Shown piece after piece: positions 14,901-24,500 of a stretch of 64,000 bases of DNA. The stretch's first letter is position 1. Each line of letters begins with the position of its first letter. Origin of the DNA: Phallusia mammillata (taxonomy: Eukaryota); contig OZ281500.1 in NCBI GenBank assembly GCA_965637545.1, positions 6,882,001-6,946,000 on the forward strand. Reading direction: 5' to 3'. The notes beneath the pieces were generated by a model. That model saw only the letters and a program-made list of their open reading frames with translations. It was not told where the DNA came from and ran no database searches. Position numbers and translations under genes: made by a program.

Positions 14901-15681
14901 CAAAGAAACTGCCACTTACAATTATGCTAGTCACGTTATCTTGTGTTTTCAGGCAATGAAGAAGCCACACAAAATCTTCATGAACCCGTATTACAACAGT
15001 TGCTCTTTCACTTCCATTCTAAAAAAGAATAATAAAAGTGACACTGTGCACTGCAAAAATATAAACAGATGGGACTTTTGTTCACAGCTGTCCCCAGTCA
15101 GCAACCAACTTCAAACCAAGGTTTGAAACCTTTTGGGCAACATATGCTTTTTTTGAGAATCTATAGGTCCCTAATACCACAGAAATAGCTAGACTTCTTG
15201 ATTCCTTGGGGTAGTACAGTTTACCTCAACAGATTATAGCCTATGTGTTGTTACAAATTCAACACCACCTTTACAAATCCCACACTACCAAACTAATGTT
15301 TAAGTTTTTTCTTTAGTTGGAGGAGCAGTAGGAAATTCCTATATTGACCCACAAGGTGTTGACTAATATGCTCTTTACTAATACAAGGTATTAACAATTA
15401 TGATTGGATTAGCCAGACTTCATTATTTCCACCTGAAATTTTCTATTTTTATTTAAAAACCCGCCTAAAGTAAATGGTAAATACGACAAAATAGCAAAAT
15501 CTTGCACCTTTGTGCTTTCGACAAAGAACTCAACATTTTCTCCATTCTTTGCTGCATTTGGAACTTTAGAGCTGAACACCGGTTTAAACGGGCTAAGACC
15601 GTTTGGCTCTGTCTGCGGAATTCAAAACGTATAATTAAACTATAATTAACCGTCAACCAAAACAAACGTTGCAATTACCAT
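12000..15681 (-). CDS. SNX6: PX-BAR sorting nexin of the SNX5/6/32 subfamily, divergent, multi-exon
   Basis: ATG at 15681-15679 is immediately followed by a GT donor. Exon 2 reads TEPNGLSPFKPVFSSKVPNAAKNGENVEFFVESTK. PX end reads YEKFLDLCTQHPRL, then NFFEAVTKAVDDIRLANYKDNDESF (cf. SNX6 FFKNMVKSADGVIVSGVKDVDDFF). BAR helices at 13633-13840 and 12836-12972. Last exon IKNARDGLAVF...KSF* ends at 12000. Exact orthologue within the subfamily is uncertain. Confidence 0.8.
12266..12655. mobile_element. hAT (Charlie-like) MITE in SNX intron
   Basis: Imperfect TIR CTGGAGTGTGCAAC / GTTGCACACCCCTC, 8-bp TSD ATCTAAAC, subterminal GGCCCGC motifs. Confidence 0.8.
13036..13246. mobile_element. hAT (Charlie-like) MITE in SNX intron
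   Basis: TIR CAGTGATTCT / AGAACCACTG, 8-bp TSD TTCTAGAC (NTCTAGAN-type target). Confidence 0.85.
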
Positions 15682-16194
15682 TGCTTTTGCGGCAAAATAT
15701 TTTTCAGTAAAACAATTACAATTGACACAGAATAAACAGCAAACAGTCGAACAGAATGCAAACAAACGCCTGCAGGTGACGCCGTATTTTTGGTAGCATA
15801 GAAATAACTTGCCGTCACTAAAATATTGCTAGTAAAACTTTGTCTAAAAACAGCATTGATCATCAGTAATAATATTGCATTTCAATTAATTCAAGTCAAA
15901 ATTTACAAGTCAGTTATGGCCAATTTTTTATGTTCCAATGAAAAATTTAAATTTATATGGCAACAGGGGAAGTCCCGGTATTTAACGACCTTCAACAAAA
16001 ATGACGTAATGTTTGGATAACTTGTGAGTTGTAGCACAATTACACATCTATTTAAAGAAGTAAATTATCATCTAATACAGGCACACCAATGGGTTATGTA
16101 AATTTGTTTTAAAAACTTTCAAACACCAACGTTTTATTTCATTTCATACAGAACAAACGACTGTTGTTCAAGAAATCCAGTCGTTAGGGGCAAC

Positions 16195-16425
16195 TTAAAG
16201 AAAGCAGCACGAAAAAAATTTCATCATAAACACTCGAAATGGCGACAATCCGGCGCTTTCCTTCGCATCGTCAACAGTCTCGTTAACATTTTCCATTATA
16301 TCTTCTTTTGTTTCAGCAATTTTCTCTTGCAGCTCTTCAAACGTTTGTGAGGCAGCATCTCCGATGTCGCTGAGTTCGAAATCTCCGTCCACCTCAGCGA
16401 GAGAAGGTAAGCTGGTTTTGAACAT
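16195..16425 (-). CDS. Small acidic helical protein (~76 aa) ending in CCFL; paralogous to the C-terminus of the neighbouring 562-aa ORF
   Basis: ATG 16425 (MFKTSLPSLAEVDGDF...SPFRVFMMKFFSCCFL*), coding-like E/D-rich composition, AATAAA on the minus strand near 16133-16138, and a shared SPF(R/K)xF...CC tail with ORF 17329-19017. Confidence 0.6.
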   Translation of the reverse strand: MFKTSLPSLAEVDGDFELSDIGDAASQTFEELQEKIAETKEDIMENVNETVDDAKESAGLSPFRVFMMKFFSCCFL

Positions 16426-16500
16426 CGTAGTCAAAAATGCAATGCAGCTAAAACTAAACTTTGTGGGTTTCTGTATTTGAAATATTTTAGAGGTTAAGAT

Positions 16501-16680
16501 CAGTGGTGGGATTCAAATTTTTTGTCAGTCGGTTCTATCACAAAAGGCATATTTTTCAGCCGGATCTGTTACAAAAAGTCCATTGATAGTAACCAGTAAT
16601 GCTAACCGGTTCGCTGATCTCATAAAATTTCGTGAGACGGTTCTACAGAACCGGTGCGAACCGTCTGAATCCCACCACTG
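16501..16680. mobile_element. hAT-type MITE
   Basis: Perfect TIR CAGTGGTGGGATTC / GAATCCCACCACTG with perfect 8-bp TSD GTTAAGAT. Confidence 0.9.
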
Positions 16681-17328
16681 GTTAAGATACATTTGTCGTA
16701 TTTTATGCCAAGCTTGTCCAGTATGTAGCCTAAAGTTATCTGACGATAACTACTCTTAGGATATCTATTAAACATCTTGCAATGCCATTTTTTAACTCTC
16801 ATTTTCCTCATTAACATCACTGTTTTTTTTAGGCAAACTTCACAACAAAAACGTGTATTGATCACTTTTGCGAAACATAAATACGTAAGCATAGTAGCCT
16901 ACGCTGCATAATACTATCACAGGTGGGTCGCACAGTCATAAGAGCACACAAAGTGACCACGCCTGCTTTGCAATGTGTATACGCTACGCAACATGTGCAA
17001 AAGTTTATTTCAAATAACACATTAGGGTAACTACACGCGAGAACGTATTCAATGACACTTTGTAGCAGTGCAGGGTTGCAGACTATAGCCTATCACGTTC
17101 ATGTGTTTACATGCTAGCCGTGCTAAAGCACATTTGCCTGCTAAGGGTAATACACTGGAAGTCGTGCAAGCAGCTATTCGTACGTGTTGCACATTCAGCA
17201 ATCCAAGGCCGGTGTAAATAATTACCTGTCATCGATGCAAACTATATTTAAATAAGAAGGATCAAGTGATTACGCAAGGCACTTTAATATGAGAAGATAG
17301 AAAGGTCGCCTTTCTTCATCAACTTTTA

Positions 17329-19017
17329 TCACCACATATAAGATGAAGGCGTTGTATAGCAACATACAAAAACACCTAATGCGCGCAGGATAAACGCCTT
17401 AAACGGTGAATCGTTATTAAATTTGTTGTTAAATCTCCGAGTGCCTTCCTCGTAAGTTTCAACTAGTTTTTCTTCCAAGTCTTCCTTTGCATCTTCTAAT
17501 CTCTCCTGTACTTCGCTACTGGCCTCTTTCGTTGCGTCAAGAAGCTTGTTTCCTGCATCATGCAGTTCTTCACTGGCTTCTTCAGCAGCTTCAAACAACT
17601 TCTCTTCCAAATCATTCACTTTCCCCGCTTTTTCCTTAATGTCTTCCGCTTTGTCTTTGATATCCTGAGAAATTTGTTTCAAATCCGTCGAATCAAAATC
17701 GTCTACGTCCGCTATTTCAGCACCAGCTTTTGAAACTACCTCTGCTAAAATTTTAGATGGGTTTGATTTAATATTATCCAACGGTTCGTTGGAAATACGT
17801 TGGTCGTAATCGTTCAACGTAACATCAGGCCTAAAGTCGTTCGCGGTCACGTTCTTAACTTCTTCGATAACATCCCCAAAATCTTGCTTTGGAGAAATTC
17901 CATTTACAGTTTCAGTAATATTGGGCGGTGCCAAACTGTGAACTGTATTTGACACACCACTATTGTCTGGACTAATACTGTTAATGTTATCAGTTTGGTG
18001 TTCGTCGGAATGCATTGTTTCGTCGAATGTACATGTCGGTGATATTTTGTCGGAATTGTCTACCACTGGGTCAGTCACAAGACCGGTGTCAAAAATCTGG
18101 TCGATCGAGGGACGGTTCCGCTTCTTTGCTGCCTTTAGAAGACCCGCTATCTCATCGCTGCCCTGGTCTTTGAAACTACGTTTAAGTTTAGGCGATAAAC
18201 GTGCTCGTGGTGACACAGGTAAATCTTCAACAGCAGCAGGTATTTCAGTCGCAGATGGTGGAATAGAGGCAAGAGCGTCAAACAAACTGATTGGCGCAGA
18301 ATCAGCAATTGGAGAAGACGTGTTGCGCTTTGAAATCTCATGCATGGTTTCAACCGCTGGCTCTTGTATTTCCTCTACAGAAGAGCTTTCATTATTGTCA
18401 CTTTGAACGTTTGGTGTCGAAATACCCTCATCCATATCATCCGGTGGGTTTTCCCTTTGCGTGTGACTCTTTTCTAGTTGGTCGTTATGAACTTCGGAAA
18501 TCGGGTTTCTAAAAGACACGGATTTGCCAACGCGTGATTTACCGTTGTTGAAATGAGAAGAATTCTTATTGGATAACGCCGAGACCAAATTTTCACGTGA
18601 CTCTGTCTCGTCGAACACAACTTCGATGATCGGTGGCGGACTGTCTATTTCGTCATAGTAAACGAAATCTACATCACTGTCGCTATCGCTATCACTATTA
18701 CCGCTCGTTGCTTGATTAAACATGTCAGAATAATAGTCAAAGGCTTCATTCAGTTCAGTCTCAGGTGACTTTTGGCTGTCAGAGTCCTGATCTTCATCTG
18801 CTTCGTCCAAACTGTCAGAAAGTTTGATGCCAACCCTCCAAGGTGCCAGATTAGTGTCTGGGGTGTCTTGCGTTTCTTCATTGTGATCGGAAGAACTGCT
18901 TGAGCTATTTGATGAAGATTCGTCATCACTGTTGGGTTCGAGAGACTCGCGACTGGGTAACTCCGTCTTCAGTTCCGCCTGGTCGCGGAAATCCTTTATT
19001 TTCTCGAAAACGTCCAT
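17329..19017 (-). CDS. Intronless 562-aa acidic, S/D/E-rich, largely disordered protein with C-terminal amphipathic helices and a hydrophobic CC tail; family not recognised
   Basis: Uninterrupted 1.7-kb ORF in AT-rich DNA, with low-complexity acidic tracts, KSVSF motif, helical EAAEEASEELHDAGNKLLDATKEASSEVQERLEDAKEDLEEK region, and tail SPFKAFILRALGVFVCC. Confidence 0.85.
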   Translation of the reverse strand: MDVFEKIKDFRDQAELKTELPSRESLEPNSDDESSSNSSSSSSDHNEETQDTPDTNLAPWRVGIKLSDSLDEADEDQDSDSQKSPETELNEAFDYYSDMFNQATSGNSDSDSDSDVDFVYYDEIDSPPPIIEVVFDETESRENLVSALSNKNSSHFNNGKSRVGKSVSFRNPISEVHNDQLEKSHTQRENPPDDMDEGISTPNVQSDNNESSSVEEIQEPAVETMHEISKRNTSSPIADSAPISLFDALASIPPSATEIPAAVEDLPVSPRARLSPKLKRSFKDQGSDEIAGLLKAAKKRNRPSIDQIFDTGLVTDPVVDNSDKISPTCTFDETMHSDEHQTDNINSISPDNSGVSNTVHSLAPPNITETVNGISPKQDFGDVIEEVKNVTANDFRPDVTLNDYDQRISNEPLDNIKSNPSKILAEVVSKAGAEIADVDDFDSTDLKQISQDIKDKAEDIKEKAGKVNDLEEKLFEAAEEASEELHDAGNKLLDATKEASSEVQERLEDAKEDLEEKLVETYEEGTRRFNNKFNNDSPFKAFILRALGVFVCCYTTPSSYMW

Positions 19018-21588
19018 TGCAATTTTTCAGTAAACTTATCACGTCATTGCCCAACGTCACGTGTACCTACTATTCAAACCTCGCCAAAAAGAAAAAAACA
19101 CAAAACGATTGAATACCAAAAATAGACACTCAGTCGGTTTCGTATATCCTAAATGCAAAGTATCAAGCTTCTGTTAAAACCGAATCCCTATGATTGCTTG
19201 TGTCATCGGAAGCTAGTTAAACAACACCCTTATAACTGTTCAACTTCGCCTGCTAAAATTCACTTTATTTCCCCTAGCATGTACAGCAGCTGCAGCAAGC
19301 AAGCGTCCACCCGACACTCCATCGCTCACAACACTAGAAGCATCGACTTCCTTCCATGTGAGCGGAAAATCGTCACCGACCATCATCGTCACAGCAGCGC
19401 TGCCCGCATGCATTTTCACTGTTTACAGAAAAACACGATATATTTGGGACTCGTTTTGCGTGTCGGATAAAAAATTGTCGACGGTTAATGGTAGATATCT
19501 ATTTCAAATGACTATAGCCAAGTCCTGACGTCCTCACAGTCAGTGGTTCTTAACTCCGGTCATGGGCCACCAGTTCAATTAAATGAATACTGTGAAGCAG
19601 TTTATTTTTAAGGATAAAAAACATCCACAACAAGCACATAGGCTTGAATTATATTTTTTCGATACAGAATTTCGAGGAGTCATATCAAACTATGTGTTTT
19701 TTCACCAAGCGAAATAAACTCAACTCAACTACTGACACCTAACAACAAATGGCCAATAACTTGAATAAGCTTTTTTTCGTACTGATGAATATTTGATAAT
19801 TTATTTCCAACTAAGCTTATTTCCAGTTTATCACCAAATATAATTAACACATTAACTAACATATATTCTGTGAAGAACATGACAGTTTTCCTGCAGTTGT
19901 TCCAAATGTAATTTAGTTCTTGATGTCTAATTTTATCTATCAATAGCAATCAATTAACGGGGGATGAACTTTTACTCTTTCAATAAAACAATAGCAAATA
20001 AGGAAACGTCCACTTGAATGCACCATGGTTTCGGTCAGTCCGCTATATGGTTTAGCTGTTTTGAAGCGCTTTGATGCATCACACACGGTCGAAACGCTAG
20101 CACGCATCATTTCAACTAACAGCACAATTTAATACATATATTTCAGTATGTGCGAGATAGTATGCAGTGTTTGCAATACGGATAACGAAAAAAGTCCACA
20201 AACTAAGAAACAGGGTCCGAACCCGATATAATGCTGAAACAAAACATGAATTTAAAGAGGCAGCCTAGCTTCAGGTGAAAAACAAACACAGTGTACGAAT
20301 CCAGAACACAAGAGTGAAACTTCAAATTCAGACAATATTGCGGCAACTATTTCGGGCCATTTGTGCGAGATTTTAAGCAGTGGTTATGCAACTGAAAACA
20401 CGGAAAGCGTTTGGCAGAAAGGAGAAAAATAACCACCAAAGACAGTGTTGAAATGCAAACCAATGATGTTTAAAAAAGTCCCAACCGGTTTTAGCCACCA
20501 TCACGGTAATATTAATACCCTTTTTGCACCATAGTACAGTAATATCAAAAAATAAAAGCGTTGTAAAAAGTTGAGCAACCATATAAAGCAAGATTTATGT
20601 TAAACTAAAAAGAAAACACGAAAAATATGGGGTACTAATAATTAAATAACATCTAAAAGCAAGTTCAATGGCGGGGCTTATTGTTGCAAATGTGGAATAA
20701 CAACACAACGGAAAGAGCAAGTAATTTAAAACCTATGGATAAGCTTAGTGTGCTGACGGATGAAAGTAAACAAAAACTAGATGCTACACTATTACTCTCA
20801 TTGGGAGATAACATATTCAGCATATTGCTTTATTCTGGGTCATATATAGTTTAAGTTATACATATCTTTTTGTGACATGAATGTTTCTGCCGGCAGAAAC
20901 GCATGGGCTGCACACAAGCAAAGTTGTTAAAAGAGCGTTTTTCTATATACTTGTTAAAAATGTGAAGTGAATGGAAATATGTAAGATTTTTACATATTCA
21001 TTTGTGCGAAGAACAGAAAACATGGTAATCAATACTTCACAATGACCCTAAACCTTTTTTTAAATCAAATTTTAAGGATGTTTAGGGTCAATCGACACAT
21101 TACAAGTAATTATTTTACAAACTATTCCTATTTAAGTTTAGTTGTTGTTTTGCAGTTTACATATTCCACCTGCCTGCGATATTTGTCCATCAGTTCAACA
21201 TTTTGTGCCAATGAAAACGAAAAAACGACAACAACAGTGAAATCAATCATGTCGAGCCATTAGAAAAGAAACCTTTATTGAGCATTTCAATTTGGGAACT
21301 TGGACGCCAAAATATGTAAAGGCGTCTTCTTCAAAGAGGCCAGCCACTGTAGTCAAATCATGCATAAGATATATTTCGTCAGAGAGACAACTTCTCAAGT
21401 GGTAGAAGGTAGTTTATAGCACACAGTGCATAAAGAGTTCTTTGACGACTTGGTCCATTGGTAAGCAAGGAAACATAGGAAAATCTTTCGCATCAGCTCC
21501 AATGTAATTTCCATCAACAATGCCTCATTTCGAACCCTGCAGTTGACCCTCAAATAAGATACTCATTCTTAACGTGCGGAAACGACGT

Positions 21589-24500
21589 TTAAATAAACTT
21601 AAAGCACTTTTGCTTGTCGTGGGGAAGGCGCGTTTTGAACAGAATCGAGTCGGCGCGAATCTGTGTGAAGACAAGCGGCATGTAGCCGAAAATCTTAACA
21701 AACTTGTTGATGCATTTGTGTCGTTCGTCGAAGTGTTCTTGCGACTGCGAAAGAGCCACTGGGCAACCCGGGCAGCGGAACGTCCAACGTGACGTCACCT
21801 GCACAAAATGCGCGTCACATCACAACATGTTAAGTGTCAAAGGAAGATAGCACCATTAGCGGGAGGGACTATAACAGAACCTTTTTTGTTTGAGCCGTCC
21901 TATAGGCACGTTGATTTTTTTATTACCTTCCTCACGATTATACAACGTAAGCGATTTTTGCGCACTAGTCACGAACCGCCAAATATTCCAAGAAAAGTAA
22001 AGACGATATGTGCATCTTTACAGCATGCAAATAACTCCATTCAAAAGGGTTTATAAATGTTGATAATGTACCTTAACGGGAGGCTGCCTTGTTATATGAG
22101 ACACGAGGAAATTGATGGCGATATCTTCACAGTTCATATATTCATCGACAATCTCACGAATAGCTGACGGCATCCAGTGTGTATATAGGTACATGTAGTA
22201 CTGCATAAAATACATGTTATCGTCACTTCAGCAAACGGTAGTTCTTGGTACTGTATAGTGACAATACAAAATGAAATTTCCATCCACACAACACAACGGC
22301 TAGACTACTGCGGTCTAGCAAATATCACCTGCTACTAAAATGCTTTAAAAACTGGTCGGAAACGCATGTTTGGTACAAAAAAACACATGTTTTTATAATT
22401 ACAGGACAGGTAGATGTGGGCATACAGCTCCTACTAAAGTAAGTCCCTGCCACATAACGCTTATAGTAATGGTGTAACAGCAGCAGTTTACCATCTCTCC
22501 ACCAATTATACCCTTACCTTTGTCGCGCTTTATAAAGTCCCAACGTTGCGCAGCTAGCTATTTCCGGCTTGGTGAATATATTAACGCAATTATGCTGATA
22601 CGATTTTTTTTACCCGGCGAAATAAACTAAACTCATATTGAGATTCAACGTACGCAACTGCGGGCGTTGGTAAAGTAAAGCCTAAAGGAATAGGCAAAAT
22701 GGCGACAAGGTTGTGATTTGTAGGTGTGAGGAATCAAAATGGAAATATTCGCACCCACCTTGTGAAAGAAAGCAGCTCCGGTAAGCACCATTGACAACTC
22801 ACAAGTGTGGTTTGAATTGTAATTCCATTTGCCACCTGCAGCATCCCATGCGTGAAACCGACCAGGGAAACCGACGATACGATCTCTATGTTGACGCCAA
22901 ACCCTAAATGTTCAATACAGTGTATATTAAAATGGCACAAAACTTTTGTTTTATTTTGGGTCTAAACCGTTGAAAATCAAAAGTAAAATGGCATGTGAAG
23001 CTGTATGGGCAAAATGTTTAATCAGATGGAAAGTCTCAACACATTTTCACTGCCAAAAAATTGTATGGTAAAAAATAAAAATAAATGTGGTAAAAAATAA
23101 ATTCGTTAATGTTGATCGGTATTCTAGTTTCGTAATTATTCTAGAATAGTAATCTATTAGAAAATCGCCTATTTCCACAACTAGGTTACCTTTTTCAGTG
23201 TGCTAAATAAAATGTTTCACGCCGCAGATTTACCAACACAGCCACAAAATACACAACATGCTTCATATATTCGTAACAAAAACAACCGCAACAACACACC
23301 TGAATCCAAACAACATCTCATCGTGACGTAGGTGAGCGTCATCATCGATCGAGAGTACGCACTCGGTCTGGATTTCGTCCCAAGGCACGAAGCGATTGTT
23401 GAGACTATTTCGGTTCGGATGAACAACTACAACTTCCACGTCGATCTTCGGCCACCGGAGGGCGTCGTTTGGCGGTTGTGGAGAGTTCCACACAACTACC
23501 ACCTTTCGAATTTTGCCAAAAGTTGTTACAGTTGCTACATGAACCAAGCGTATTGTGATCGTACGTTTTTACAACCTGTTTGGTATGTTGTTTATAGATT
23601 ATGGAATTATATAAGGTTAGTTAGGTAACGCATTAAAGTTTTGCAATATGTACTAAACCTATATAGCCAGGGTTGTCATCGACTTGAAACCAAAAATAAG
23701 GACAACCGAAAAACTATTTGTTTATGCGAAACGAAAGAAACGTTTCTGAACAAATCTTTGCTTTTTTTCGAGCCATAACATAATATTTACAGTATTTTGG
23801 CCGGAAACAATCTGTTACAGCAACTCGTTGTTCGTAGAAAATACTAAGTACATCTCACATCGGGCCGGGTCTAGGTTCACTTCTACTTGTAGCAGGGATT
23901 TGACTATAGTAATTGTTGAAAATAAGACAAAATAAGGACTACAGTCAAAAATAAGGACATTTCTTAGAAATAAGGACAATGAACTTTTCTAAGACACACC
24001 CCTTCAAAATAAGAACAAATCTTAGAAATAAGGACAGTATGGCAACCCTGTATATAGCAATGCTTGACGAGCTGCAGACAATACACACTTGGTCGACCTA
24101 TAAGGTTATGTCAGTGCAGCTGGTGACGAGAGATCTGAGCTAATGACCTTATAGGTCGAAACAGTGTGCACTGTCTGTTGCTTATCAAGTATTGGCTCGA
24201 CGCTTTTATACCAATGCTTCTTTCATAAAAAACGTGCCCCGGCCACCATTAAAAATCAGGCAAATTGCAAAACTGTAAGTCAAAGTGTAATGGCGGACTG
24301 TCTATTTACTGGTGGATACCAGTAAGGGCAACTCGTGGTCCCCAGAAAGCACCTCGTACCCCCTTACGACCCTGGTTAACAAACACCGACCCATACATTT
24401 ACCTTAAAGCGAATATATTGCTTGTAATAATACTATATTGCTTGATATCATATCCAAAACCCCATCAAAGCACGCCCACAAAAATAAACATTTTACGCGC

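Noticed and set aside
15580-15600. GLSPF peptide shared by the SNX N-terminus and the 76-aa ORF
   Set aside because: Five-residue match with unrelated codons and context; likely coincidence.
19240-19470. GC-rich patch with short ORFs on both strands (105 aa on +, ~57 aa on -)
   Set aside because: No recognisable motif or supported splice chain; may be UTR or promoter of the 562-aa gene.
20066-20104. Hammerhead-like string TTGATGCATCACACACGGTCGAAACGCTAGC
   Set aside because: Two core mismatches, poor stem II and no flanking inverted repeat; not distinguishable from chance.
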